Part shown: in pieces, positions 1 to 10,140 of the stretch
Numbering within the stretch: the first letter of the stretch is position 1
Layout: each line of letters opens with the position of its first letter
Source of the DNA: a bacterium
GTDB lineage: Bacteria > Zhuqueibacterota > Zhuqueibacteria > Residuimicrobiales > Krinioviventaceae
Reading direction: 5' to 3'
NCBI GenBank assembly: GCA_963675755.2
Contig: CAXXMD010000001.1
Location: forward strand, 256,001 to 320,000
DNA: 64,000 nucleotides
Notes under the pieces: generated by a model
Told to the model about the DNA's origin: nothing
What the model saw: only the letters and a program-made list of their open reading frames with translations
The model's database searches: none
Position numbers and translations under genes: made by a program

Positions 1-251
1 TGTTGGTTGGCTTGGTTGCCATTACTGTTATAACCCGTATTATTGCTGCCAAAGTTGTTAAACATTTATCTCCCTCAATTGCCAGATATACCTTTATTTT
101 TACGGGTGCATTGGGTTTATATTATCTTGTTGATATATTAATCCATAATTCACTTTTTTATCTCAATATTTATTTTTATTTTTGGCTGCTTGTTATCACA
201 ATACAAATCATTTATTACATCCGATCAAAATACATGTGGAAAAATGACTAA
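1..251 (+). CDS. C-terminal fragment of an integral membrane protein (5' truncated by window)
   Basis: Open frame from the window edge with about 3 hydrophobic segments; the stop overlaps the next start. Confidence 0.6.
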   Translation, partial: LVGLVAITVITRIIAAKVVKHLSPSIARYTFIFTGALGLYYLVDILIHNSLFYLNIYFYFWLLVITIQIIYYIRSKYMWKND

Positions 252-774
252 TGAAAAAAAAGTTTGGGATCTGATAAAATCCAAATCAAATGCTGAAACT
301 TTTGGCGTATCAGATGCCGATTGGAATGCTTTTGTATTAAAAGTTGATGCCTGTTTTGATAAACCCAAAGCAGAAAAATATTATCTTTATTCTGATGGTG
401 CTGCTCGCGGGAATCCTGGTCCTTCAGGAGTAGGTATTTATATTGAAGATGATCAAGGCAACATTGTGAAACAGCATTTTGAATATTTGGGTGAGCAAAC
501 CAACAATTGTGCTGAATATCTGGCTCTGTCAATAGGGTTGGATATTGCAAAAGAAAAGGAATTGGACAATATAACTGTATATACAGATAGCGAATTAATG
601 GCGAAACAGTTGAATGGCATTTATAAAGTAAAAAACAAATCGCTCATCGAATTGTATATGCAGGTTACGCAAAAAATTAATTCCTTTAGTAGTATAGAAA
701 TACAACACGTAACTCGTGATAAAAATAAAAACGCTGACCGGTTGGCCAATATGGCAATCGATTCTCATGCTTGA
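244..774 (+). CDS. rnhA: Ribonuclease HI (RNase HI-like, archaeal/actinobacterial-type) with short N-terminal extension
   Basis: Motifs SDGAARGNPG, TNNCAEY, YTDSEL, NKNADRLAN; ATG at 244 is coupled to the upstream stop. Confidence 0.9.
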   Translation: MTNEKKVWDLIKSKSNAETFGVSDADWNAFVLKVDACFDKPKAEKYYLYSDGAARGNPGPSGVGIYIEDDQGNIVKQHFEYLGEQTNNCAEYLALSIGLDIAKEKELDNITVYTDSELMAKQLNGIYKVKNKSLIELYMQVTQKINSFSSIEIQHVTRDKNKNADRLANMAIDSHA

Positions 775-784
775 GGGAGGAAAT

Positions 785-1849
785 ATGAAAGCCCTGATCA
801 CCGCTGGCGGTAAAGGAACTCGCTTACGCCCGTTAACTCACACTCAAAATAAGCATATGCTTGCTATAGCAAATAAACCTATACTGCATTATGCTATTGA
901 AAAAGTTGTGAATGCAGGGATCACTGAAATAGGTATAGTGACCAATCAGGAAGGCACAGAAGTTAAAGAGGCCATTGGTGATGGCAGCACCTGGGGAGTA
1001 AATATAACATATATTCCTCAAGATGCTCCTTTGGGTCTGGCCCATGTTGTAAAAATATCTCAGGATTTTATTGGTGATGACTCTTTCATCTTTTATCTTG
1101 GTGACAATATGGTTGTTGGCGGGTTGGAAAAGTTTATTCAGGCTTTTAAAGATTCCGGTACCAACTGTCATTTGACACTGGCTAAGGTTAAAGACCCTGA
1201 ACGCTTTGGAGTTCCGGAGCTTAAAGATGGTCGTATTATTGGTATAGAGGAAAAACCGGAAGCACCCAAAAGTGAATATGCGGTTTCGGGTATTTATATT
1301 TATGACAGCAATATTTTCAAAGCTGTTAATGCTATAGAACCCAGTGCAAGAGGTGAGCTTGAAATTTCAGATGCTCATCAATACCTGCTTGATAACGATT
1401 ATCAAATCAGCTATTCTGAAATTACCGGATGGTGGAAAGATACCGGCAAGCCTGAAGATATTCTGGAAGCAAACAGACTTGTACTGGAACATACGACCGG
1501 TGAGACTCTGGGAGAGGTAGATTCTAATTCAACAATAACCGGTGAAGTTGTCATTGAAAAAGGTGCTTCAGTCATCAATAGTGTAGTACGGGGACCGATT
1601 GTTATTGGAAGTAATACACGCATTGAGAACAGTTATGTGGGTCCCTTTACATCTATTGGCAAGAATTGTATCATAAACGAAAGTGAAGTTGAATTCAGTA
1701 TCATACTCGATTCATGCGAGATAAATGATGTTGGTGTTCGGATAGAAAATAGTTTGTTGGGAACCGGTGCACGTGTTGTACGTGCTACCTCACGACCGCA
1801 AACGCATCGTTTTATGGTGGGTGATCAAAGCTTGATTGAAATACGATAG
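785..1849 (+). CDS. rmlA: Glucose-1-phosphate thymidylyltransferase, long form with C-terminal hexapeptide domain
   Basis: AGGKGTRLRPLT, QDAPLGLAH, EEKP, PSARGELEISD, WWKDTG; SD GAGGGAGG before ATG 785. Confidence 0.88.
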   Translation: MKALITAGGKGTRLRPLTHTQNKHMLAIANKPILHYAIEKVVNAGITEIGIVTNQEGTEVKEAIGDGSTWGVNITYIPQDAPLGLAHVVKISQDFIGDDSFIFYLGDNMVVGGLEKFIQAFKDSGTNCHLTLAKVKDPERFGVPELKDGRIIGIEEKPEAPKSEYAVSGIYIYDSNIFKAVNAIEPSARGELEISDAHQYLLDNDYQISYSEITGWWKDTGKPEDILEANRLVLEHTTGETLGEVDSNSTITGEVVIEKGASVINSVVRGPIVIGSNTRIENSYVGPFTSIGKNCIINESEVEFSIILDSCEINDVGVRIENSLLGTGARVVRATSRPQTHRFMVGDQSLIEIR

Positions 1850-1886
1850 TAAAATTATCATAATTTTAGTAATTTAAAATTACATC

Positions 1887-1915
1887 TTGCGATTCTAGAA
1901 AAAAAATCTTATTTT
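1887..1915 (+). promoter_or_regulatory. Putative sigma70 promoter for carAB
   Basis: TTGCGA-17 bp-TATTTT; the same TATTTT -10 and spacing occur upstream of the sulfatase. Confidence 0.45.
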
Positions 1916-1957
1916 AAAGTAATAAAATTCTGCACGACAACTCTAAATTTGACATAC

Positions 1958-1999
1958 AACCCCGATCCGCTGATGGAAAGCTGGCGAATTGGGGTTTTT
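1958..1999 (+). terminator. Terminator-like hairpin in the carA leader (possible attenuator)
   Basis: AACCCCGATCCGC...GCGAATTGGGGTT followed by T-run, lying between the predicted promoter and the carA start. Confidence 0.55.
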
Positions 2000-2037
2000 A
2001 GCACACTAATCAATCATTTTTTTTAGCAAAGATAATT

Positions 2038-3111
2038 ATGGAAAAAAAGAAAATCAAAGCAAGACTCGAACTAGAAGATGGCTCGGTTTTTCATGGATTT
2101 TCCTTCGGTGCCCAAAAATCTGTTGCGGGTGAGGTGGTTTTTAATACCAGCATGATGGGATACCCCGAAAGCATGACTGATCCGTCATATTATGGACAGA
2201 TACTGGTTCTAACATATCCACTTGTAGGAAATTACGGAATACCTGAAAAAGAACTTGTTGACGGTCTGGACCGTTGGTTTGAATCTTCAAATATCCAGAT
2301 CACAGGATTAATTGTTTCCGAATATTCTTTTAATTACAGTCACTGGAGCGCTGTAAAAAGCCTGGGTGATTGGCTTACCGAACATGATATTCCCGGATTG
2401 TATGGTATTGATACCCGTATGTTGACCATGCGTTTGCGAGATGAAGGTACAATGCTGGGACGCATGTTGTTTTTTACTGATGAAATAGATTTTTACGATC
2501 CGAACAAGAGCAATCTTGTTGAAAAAGTAAGTATTGACGAACCTGTTGAGTATGGCAAGTCTGGTCAAAAAGTCATTTTAATTGATTGTGGATGCAAAGA
2601 TAATATTATTAGAAACCTGGTAAGTCGCGATATTATAGTTAGACGGGTACCCTGGAATTATGACTTTACAAACGAAGATTATGATGGGGTGTTTATCTCT
2701 AATGGACCGGGAGACCCCAAAATGTGTCGTGAGACTGTAGACATTATCTCAAAAACACTGGAAGGTGATCGACCGGTTTTTGGTATTTGCATGGGCAACC
2801 AACTGCTTTCCCTGGCTGCCGGAGCAGATACTTATAAATTAAAGTTTGGTCATCGCAGTCAGAACCAGCCTTGTGTAGAAGTAGGTACAAAACGCTGTTA
2901 TATTACATCTCAGAATCACGGATTTGCAGTTGACGGACGTACCTTACAGGAAGGGTGGGAGCCCTGGTTTGTAAACGCCAATGATGGTACCAACGAAGGA
3001 ATTCGCCATGTGTCCAAACCATTTATGAGCGTTCAGTTTCACCCGGAAGCAGCTCCGGGACCGGTAGATACTTCTATACTTTTTGATGATTTTAAAAGGA
3101 TGCTTTTATGA
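2038..3111 (+). CDS. carA: Carbamoyl-phosphate synthase small subunit
   Basis: GEVVFNT..GYPESMTDPSY.GQ, SNGPGDP, GICMGNQ (catalytic Cys), VQFHPEA. Confidence 0.97.
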   Translation: MEKKKIKARLELEDGSVFHGFSFGAQKSVAGEVVFNTSMMGYPESMTDPSYYGQILVLTYPLVGNYGIPEKELVDGLDRWFESSNIQITGLIVSEYSFNYSHWSAVKSLGDWLTEHDIPGLYGIDTRMLTMRLRDEGTMLGRMLFFTDEIDFYDPNKSNLVEKVSIDEPVEYGKSGQKVILIDCGCKDNIIRNLVSRDIIVRRVPWNYDFTNEDYDGVFISNGPGDPKMCRETVDIISKTLEGDRPVFGICMGNQLLSLAAGADTYKLKFGHRSQNQPCVEVGTKRCYITSQNHGFAVDGRTLQEGWEPWFVNANDGTNEGIRHVSKPFMSVQFHPEAAPGPVDTSILFDDFKRMLL

Positions 3112-6100
3112 TAAATAAACCGAAAAAAGTCATAATTCTCGGCAGCTCGGCCTTAAAGATTGGAGAAGCCGGAGAGTTTGATTATTCCGGAAGTCAGGCC
3201 ATCAAGGCACTCAAAGAAGAAGGTGTATATACCATTCTGGTGAATCCCAATATTGCCACTATCCAAACTTCGGACCATTTGGCAGATCAGGTATATTTTT
3301 TACCTGTTACTCCATATTTTGTGGAACAGATCATTCAAAAGGAAAAACCGGATGGGATCCTTTTAGGTTTTGGCGGCCAAACTGCTCTGAATTGCGGTAT
3401 TGAACTTGAAAAAAGCGGTGTCTTGAGTCGGTATGGTGTTAATGTATTGGGAACTCAGGTTGAAGCTATTCTCAATACTGAAGACAGACAGTTGTTTGTT
3501 TCCAAGCTGGACCAGATTGAAGTGAAAACAGCAATAAGTAAAGCTGTTGAAAATATTGATGATGCTGTTAAATATGCGGAAAAGATCGGTTACCCGGTTA
3601 TGGTCCGTATTGCTTTTGCGTTGGGTGGTCTGGGATCAGGCATTTGTAGAAATGAAGAAGAATTACGTGAACTTGCCCAAAAGGCTCTTTCTTATACCAA
3701 CCAGATTTTGATTGAAGAATATCTGTTAGGTTGGAAAGAAGTAGAGTATGAGATTGTACGAGACCGGTTCGACAATTGTATTGCCGTATGTAATATGGAA
3801 AATTTTGACCCTATGGGTATCCATACCGGTGAGAGTATTGTTGTAGCACCCAGCCAGACATTATCTAATCGTGAATATCATAAACTTCGTGAGATTGGTA
3901 TTCGCACCGTACGTCATATGGGTATTGTTGGCGAGTGTAATATACAATATGCCTTTGACCCCTATTCGGAAGATTATCGTGTAATTGAGATTAATGCACG
4001 TTTGTCCCGAAGTTCCGCACTGGCATCTAAAGCAACCGGTTATCCATTAGCGTTTGTTGCTGCCAAACTGGCCCTGGGATATAGTTTAATTGACCTTCCC
4101 AATTCAGTTACAAAAATAACCAAAGCCTGCTATGAACCGGCACTTGATTATATTGTTGTGAAAATACCGAGATGGGACCTGAAAAAATTTAAACAAGTCT
4201 CGAAAAAAATCGGTTCCGGGATGAAATCCGTTGGTGAAGTTATGGCAATCGGAAGGACCTTTGAAGAAGCATTGCAAAAAGGTCTGAGAATGCTTGAAAT
4301 TGGCGCCAACGGTATTGTACAAAATCCCAGTATAACTATAGACGATATAAAACTGGAACTTGAAGAACCAACGGATCTCCGGGTTTATGCAGTGCCTGAA
4401 GCTTTGAAGCAGGGCATGACAGTAGACGATATACACAAATTGAGTCATATTGACCGGTGGTTTCTATATAAAATCGAAAATATTGTTCGTATTGAAAAAG
4501 AGTTGTTTGGTGTTGGTGAACAGCGTTGCCCAAAAGATTTGCTGCTTGAGGCTAAACAAGCAGGATTTTCTGACAAGCAAATCGGTTTGATTCTGGCCAA
4601 AGATGAATTAGAGGTTCGTCAGCTTCGTCAGAATTATGGTTTAACCCCTTGGGTAAAACAGATCGATACCCTTGCAGCCGAATATCCCGCGCAAACCAAT
4701 TATCTGTATCTGACATATAACGGTCAGGAAGATGATTTGTCATTTCTTGATAGAAATGCAGTAATGGTTTTGGGAAGCGGAGCCTACCGTATAGGAAGCT
4801 CGGTTGAGTTTGACTGGTGTTGTGTAAACTCTGTTAAAACCCTCAAAGATTTAAATTACCAGACCATTATGGTGAATTATAATCCCGAGACAGTTAGTAC
4901 GGATTATGATGAATGTGACAAACTTTATTTTGATGAAATCAGTTTTGAAACAGTTGTAGATATATATGAAAAAGAAAAAGCTACAGGTATTATCATATCC
5001 ATGGGCGGGCAGATTCCCAATAACCTTGCATTAAGATTGGACAAGTTTGGTGTTAAAGTGCTGGGTACATCCGCTAAAAATATTGATAATGCAGAAGATC
5101 GTCATAAATTTTCAAAGCTGCTCGATGATATAGGTGTAGATCAGCCGGAATGGAGCGAGCTCACATCCATGGAAGAAGCAAGATCTTTTGCGGAAAAAGT
5201 CGGGTATCCGGTACTCATTCGTCCATCGTATGTTTTGAGTGGTGCGGCTATGAGCGTGGCATCAAATGACGCAGAGCTTGAAAAATATCTGGGCAAAGCA
5301 TCTGATATTTCTGCGGACCATCCTGTAGTAATGAGCAAGTTTATTGAACGCGCCAAAGAGATCGAGATTGATGCGGTAGGGCAGGATGGTGAACTTTTGA
5401 TTTATGCCATCTCTGAGCATGTTGAAAATGCAGGTGTACATTCGGGTGATGCTACCCTGGTACTGCCACCCCAGCGTACCTATCTGGAAACAACACGACG
5501 TGTGAAAAAGATAGCCCGTAAAATTGCCAAAGCGTTACGGATTAATGGTCCGTTTAATATGCAGTTTGTTGCCAAAGATAACGATGTAAAAGTTATCGAG
5601 TGTAACTTGCGCGCGTCTCGTAGCTTTCCATTTGTCTCCAAAATTTTCAAAGTCAATTTTATTGACCTGGCAACCCGCGTGATTATGGAACGGCATGTAC
5701 CCAGAATTGATAAATCTGTATTTGAACTGGATTATGTAGGTGTCAAAGCTCCCCAGTTTTCATTTACAAGATTGATTGGCGCTGATCCTACACTGGGTGT
5801 TGAAATGGCATCAACAGGTGAAGTAGGATGTATTGGCTCTGATTTTGAGGAAGCGTTTTTGAAATCTCTCATCTCGGTCGGTTATAAATTACCGGTAAAA
5901 AATATACTGCTTTCCACAGGTCCCATTGAAAGCAAAGCCGAATTTTTAAACAGTACACGTCTGCTTGCGGATATGGGAATGAACTTTTTCGCAACCGGTG
6001 GAACCGCCCGGTTTATGGAAGACAATGGATTCGAGGTAACACATTTGCATTGGCCGCTTACGAAAAAGAGCCCCAATGTGATAGATTATCTCAGTGAGAA

Positions 6101-6299
6101 AAAAATTGATTTGGTAATCAATATCCCCAAGAACTTTCAGGAAGAAGAGCTTACCAATGATTATATCATCCGGCGTAAAGCAGTGGATTTTGCAATTCCC
6201 ATGTTCACCAATTTACAGCTAGCCAGACGATTTGTTGAAGCGATCAGCCGCAAAAATATAAAGAGTTTGTCAATCAAAAGCTGGAGCGAATACGAATAG
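3108..6299 (+). CDS. carB: Carbamoyl-phosphate synthase large subunit
   Basis: IGEAGEFDYSG, two ATP-grasp halves, IEINARLSRSSALASKATG, C-terminal MGS domain; ATGA overlap with carA. Confidence 0.98.
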   Translation: MINKPKKVIILGSSALKIGEAGEFDYSGSQAIKALKEEGVYTILVNPNIATIQTSDHLADQVYFLPVTPYFVEQIIQKEKPDGILLGFGGQTALNCGIELEKSGVLSRYGVNVLGTQVEAILNTEDRQLFVSKLDQIEVKTAISKAVENIDDAVKYAEKIGYPVMVRIAFALGGLGSGICRNEEELRELAQKALSYTNQILIEEYLLGWKEVEYEIVRDRFDNCIAVCNMENFDPMGIHTGESIVVAPSQTLSNREYHKLREIGIRTVRHMGIVGECNIQYAFDPYSEDYRVIEINARLSRSSALASKATGYPLAFVAAKLALGYSLIDLPNSVTKITKACYEPALDYIVVKIPRWDLKKFKQVSKKIGSGMKSVGEVMAIGRTFEEALQKGLRMLEIGANGIVQNPSITIDDIKLELEEPTDLRVYAVPEALKQGMTVDDIHKLSHIDRWFLYKIENIVRIEKELFGVGEQRCPKDLLLEAKQAGFSDKQIGLILAKDELEVRQLRQNYGLTPWVKQIDTLAAEYPAQTNYLYLTYNGQEDDLSFLDRNAVMVLGSGAYRIGSSVEFDWCCVNSVKTLKDLNYQTIMVNYNPETVSTDYDECDKLYFDEISFETVVDIYEKEKATGIIISMGGQIPNNLALRLDKFGVKVLGTSAKNIDNAEDRHKFSKLLDDIGVDQPEWSELTSMEEARSFAEKVGYPVLIRPSYVLSGAAMSVASNDAELEKYLGKASDISADHPVVMSKFIERAKEIEIDAVGQDGELLIYAISEHVENAGVHSGDATLVLPPQRTYLETTRRVKKIARKIAKALRINGPFNMQFVAKDNDVKVIECNLRASRSFPFVSKIFKVNFIDLATRVIMERHVPRIDKSVFELDYVGVKAPQFSFTRLIGADPTLGVEMASTGEVGCIGSDFEEAFLKSLISVGYKLPVKNILLSTGPIESKAEFLNSTRLLADMGMNFFATGGTARFMEDNGFEVTHLHWPLTKKSPNVIDYLSEKKIDLVINIPKNFQEEELTNDYIIRRKAVDFAIPMFTNLQLARRFVEAISRKNIKSLSIKSWSEYE

Positions 6300-6325
6300 A
6301 TTTAACAGATTTATATCTGATTTTC

Positions 6326-6358
6326 AAGCCCTTTTTAAAATTTTAAAAAGGGCTTTTT
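6326..6358 (+). terminator. Intrinsic terminator after carB
   Basis: Perfect 30-bp palindrome AAGCCCTTTTTAAAA/TTTTAAAAAGGGCTT plus T-run. Confidence 0.8.
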
Positions 6359-6562
6359 GTATTTATGATCTTATAAAAACGGTTGAAACCATTTTATCAA
6401 ATTATCAATCTAACCTCTCTAGCCCCAAAATTTAGATTATAATGTATTCCTGGACCATATTTTCACATTATAAATCAAATAGCTCTAATATACTAATCTT
6501 GAAATCATATTTTAAATTTATTTTGATAATAGTGATTTAATAATTCAATTGGCATTTATTTA

Positions 6563-6652
6563 TTGCGATCTTTGCTTTATTTGCACCCTCTGCGTTTTTT
6601 TAAAATTATAATACAAAACGCAGAGAACGCAGAGAATTTGCTGTGGTCGCAA
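6563..6652. repeat. Long imperfect inverted repeat with tandem AACGCAGAG unit (REP/MITE-like)
   Basis: CTCTGCGTTTT (6588-6598) pairs with AAAACGCAGAG (6615-6625); outer TTGCGATC/GGTCGCAA; AACGCAGAG duplicated at 6617-6634. Confidence 0.5.
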
Positions 6653-6773
6653 AACGAACCATCAATGTATTGAAATTACTTTATTAGACACTACCAATAT
6701 TTTCCTGATTTGTGTAAATTTGTGTTTTCAGAGTTTTTCGTGTTCTATTTTTTATTATCCAATGTACCAAAAT

Positions 6774-6806
6774 AAAAAATCCCCGGCATCAAATACCTGC
6801 CGGGGA
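6774..6806 (-). terminator. Intrinsic terminator of the hybrid kinase gene
   Basis: TCCCCGGCA/TGCCGGGGA stem with an A-run on + (U-run on -). Confidence 0.75.
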
Positions 6807-6837
6807 AGACCACTGTGACGTGTTGTATTGTATAATA

Positions 6838-8376
6838 TCAGCTGTATGAGAGATCAAATAGTGTGGCCAGTTTTTGACTTGTTAAAGGTTTTGATACCAG
6901 TTTTTTGATACCCACAGATTGGGTAGTAGCTTCATTAACACTGTTTATATATCCCGTACAAAGAATGATTGGGATGGATGCATTGGTATTCAATAGCAAT
7001 CGGGATAGTTCAAGTCCGTCCATATTGGGCATATTCATATCTGTTACGACCAAATCATAAAATTCCGGATTGCTGTTAAAATTATCAAGTGCCGTTTTTC
7101 CATCACTGAATAAAGTGACCTTGTGTCCCATTTGCTGGAACAACATGCCTTGTACTTGAAGAACATCCTGATCATCATCGACCAACATGATGTGTAATTT
7201 TTTTTCATTTGTTGCCATAAAATAATCTTGGGCCATTTTTTTCTTTTCTTCTACCAAAGAAGGCAAATAGACATGAAAAATGGTACCAGAACCCGGTTTA
7301 CTTTTAACCGTTATGTCGCCATCATTGTTTTTTACAATGCTGTGCACGGTAGCAAGACCAATTCCTTTACCCTTGCCTTTGTCTTTGGTTGTAAAATAAG
7401 GATCGAAAATTTTGCTAATGATTTCTTGCGGAATTCCTGATCCTGTATCTTTAACGCAAATATCAATATACTTGCCCGGTTTTAAATTCAATAGCTTTGA
7501 AAGCAGCATATCTTCGGTATACTCGTGCTCACTCAGTTTAACAGTTAACTCTCCACCGTCTTCTTCCATAGCATGGATTGCGTTTGTGCAAAGGTTCATG
7601 AGTATCTGATGGATATGTATTGCATCTGCATTGATTCTTGAAATACCTGCTTTAACTGTATGTTCTATTTTAATATTATCCGGTGCAAGTCCTGAAATAA
7701 AGTTCAATACTTCTTTGATAATATTTTCTACCTGAATCGGTTCTTTTTTCTGTGTTTCCGGTTGTCCAAAAGTGTGTATTTGTTTAACCAGATCTTTGGC
7801 CCTTCCCGCAGCTTTTGAAATATTGTTTACATATTTAAAAATATTCCCCTCATTGGGTACCAGTTCAATAAGCAGATCTGAATAACCGATAATTGGGCTG
7901 AGAATGTTATTCAAATCATGTGCTATACCTCTTGCCATTTTACCTATTGAATCCATTTTTTCTGCCTGCTGTAAACGGATTTGCAGGGTTTTATTTCGCT
8001 GCCGGGTTTTGCAAAGTTGGGTAATGTCAGTTACAAAACCTTCATAATACAAGATATTATCATCATCATCTTTAACGATACAAACGTTTTCCGAAATCCA
8101 TAATTTTTGATCATTTTTGGTATGAATTTGAGAAACAAAATCCTTAACAATACCATGGGTCTGCATTTCGTGAATAAATTCCTGCCGACGTTCAGGGTCA
8201 ACATACAATTGGTCGGCAATATTAGTAATAGATTCAATCAGCTCTTCAGGTGAGTCGTATCCATACATTCTTGCAAGTGAAGGATTAACATTTAAATATT
8301 GGCCATCTGGGGTACTTTGAAAGATACCCTCAACAGCATTCATAAAAATAGAATGATAAACATTGTCAATGTGCAT
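6838..8376 (-). CDS. Cytoplasmic hybrid sensor kinase PAS-HisKA-HATPase-REC (CckA-like architecture)
   Basis: PAS (NPSLARMYGY), H-box GIAHDLNN, N-box NLCTNA, DTGSGI, FDPYFTTK, GIGL, REC LVDDD..TDMNMP..KP; SD GGAGA before ATG 8376. Confidence 0.92.
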   Translation of the reverse strand: MHIDNVYHSIFMNAVEGIFQSTPDGQYLNVNPSLARMYGYDSPEELIESITNIADQLYVDPERRQEFIHEMQTHGIVKDFVSQIHTKNDQKLWISENVCIVKDDDDNILYYEGFVTDITQLCKTRQRNKTLQIRLQQAEKMDSIGKMARGIAHDLNNILSPIIGYSDLLIELVPNEGNIFKYVNNISKAAGRAKDLVKQIHTFGQPETQKKEPIQVENIIKEVLNFISGLAPDNIKIEHTVKAGISRINADAIHIHQILMNLCTNAIHAMEEDGGELTVKLSEHEYTEDMLLSKLLNLKPGKYIDICVKDTGSGIPQEIISKIFDPYFTTKDKGKGKGIGLATVHSIVKNNDGDITVKSKPGSGTIFHVYLPSLVEEKKKMAQDYFMATNEKKLHIMLVDDDQDVLQVQGMLFQQMGHKVTLFSDGKTALDNFNSNPEFYDLVVTDMNMPNMDGLELSRLLLNTNASIPIILCTGYINSVNEATTQSVGIKKLVSKPLTSQKLATLFDLSYS

Positions 8377-8574
8377 AAATTCTCCAATATCAGCGTCGTA
8401 GATTTTCATGCCTTGTCCCAATGCAAAGAATGGGCCAAAAATTAACAAATGTTTAGCACGTAACTTGTTAATTTACAATGGGAATTTTGATTCCAGAATT
8501 TCAAGTGTTTCCTGAATGAGATTCAAGTACGGGAGGTGTGAACTGGATGGGACAATCAAGTTATCTGGTGTATT

Positions 8575-8604
8575 TCCCCGGTATTATCCATTTAATACCG
8601 GGGA
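8575..8604. terminator. Strong hairpin between kinase and outer-membrane protein genes
   Basis: TCCCCGGTATTA-6 nt-TAATACCGGGGA; the T-rich tail is on + only. Confidence 0.5.
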
Positions 8605-8676
8605 TTTGTTTAACTTGATGTGAATATTGTTGTTGAAAGACGATTAAATTCTGGTTATGAAGAAAATTATTTATGA

Positions 8677-10074
8677 TTATATTTCATACTTGAACTGCAT
8701 TGAAATAAAGGAAGGATCATTAAAGAATTCCCTTGATAACAACATTTGTCCCTGCAGATGATCAGATAATGTGAATTGTAATCCTAAACAATCAAAGTTT
8801 TTGGTTTCAATTTCATATGATAGTGAAATTACCTCTGAGTATATTGAATATGTGAATTTTGTACTATTGGTTAATTTAAACGAAAAACCGTATGATAATT
8901 GAATAACGCCATCATGTAATTTACTGTCACTGTATGAATTCCTTTCAGAGGTTGAATCCTGTTCCTGATAGAAATATTTGTATGTTCCAATTTCCTTACT
9001 TTTACGTAAATAATTGGTAATGACAAAAGTTAAATAATTATTCATTTTATTGAAAATATTAAATTCTACACCTGCACCAACATTGATATTGCGAATACTA
9101 TTATCTTTGGTTCTATGAGTGTATCTATAATCCTCATCGGTTTGGATTGTATCTTGCGGATATGTTCTATAAGTATCTTTGATCCATGTAGAGTAATAAT
9201 ATTCCTGATAATAATCCATTTTAAAATAGTTAAATATAAATCTGGATTTAGATTTTTCATTAATCTGCCAATCCAATTGTATACCAAGTTTATATGTTTC
9301 AAATGATAGTTCAGGGGATATATCAGTAGATAGATAATATCGCTCATGTATTGTGTAATAAAAGTCTTCAAAAGTGCTCAATGTATTCCAGTAATTATTA
9401 ATTGATTCTATTTGACGATATGCTTTTTTCTGAAATGTGGAAATACCCAACACTGGATTTAGTATGAGCTTTTCATTGATTTTGATTTTACCGCCCAACT
9501 TTCCCTTGAATTCTTTCGAGTTTCCTTCTATGTTCAGCAAAGGATCCAGTATTTTTTCATTACCGGTATAGTTTAATGTCCAGTATGTATAAGAGTTTGG
9601 ATTATCTCTTTCCAAATATTGGAATGAAATGCCAATTCCTATTCGGGTATTAATTTTTTTGTTTAACAATAAAAGACAACTGTTGTATTTATCATCCAAC
9701 CTCGGTTTTAACTTGGGTTCAGAGTAATAATCATACTCATTATATACAGATGCTACTTTTTTATCAGCCATTAAACCGACGTTCCAGGACTTAATCGGGA
9801 GGAATACATTTAAATGTTCACTGTCAATGTAGGTGTTTGATATGTCATTATATGTACCAATTTTATTATATCTTGCACCTGTAAAAATAGTAAGATGATC
9901 AAAATCCATCATGGCGGGATTCAAATATGAATCCATAATGGGATCGGCAATAACTCCGGTAATGCGGTCTCCAGCTTTACTTTGTAATTGGAGCGATATG
10001 GGAGTTTGGGCCCAAAGCATATTTACTGTTAATGCATACCATACTACCGTTAATAACCATAATCTGTTTCGCAT
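8677..10074 (-). CDS. Hypothetical exported/outer-membrane beta-barrel protein (paralog 2)
   Basis: Signal peptide, N-terminal IADP..DSYLNPAMMDF, alternating beta-strand pattern, C-terminal MQFKYEI. Confidence 0.7.
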   Translation of the reverse strand: MRNRLWLLTVVWYALTVNMLWAQTPISLQLQSKAGDRITGVIADPIMDSYLNPAMMDFDHLTIFTGARYNKIGTYNDISNTYIDSEHLNVFLPIKSWNVGLMADKKVASVYNEYDYYSEPKLKPRLDDKYNSCLLLLNKKINTRIGIGISFQYLERDNPNSYTYWTLNYTGNEKILDPLLNIEGNSKEFKGKLGGKIKINEKLILNPVLGISTFQKKAYRQIESINNYWNTLSTFEDFYYTIHERYYLSTDISPELSFETYKLGIQLDWQINEKSKSRFIFNYFKMDYYQEYYYSTWIKDTYRTYPQDTIQTDEDYRYTHRTKDNSIRNINVGAGVEFNIFNKMNNYLTFVITNYLRKSKEIGTYKYFYQEQDSTSERNSYSDSKLHDGVIQLSYGFSFKLTNSTKFTYSIYSEVISLSYEIETKNFDCLGLQFTLSDHLQGQMLLSREFFNDPSFISMQFKYEI

Positions 10075-10140
10075 GTTAATCTCACAGTTTGAAATTGTTT
10101 GTTTTGGAATTTAAAAAAAAGTTAGCAAAATATTTTTTAT

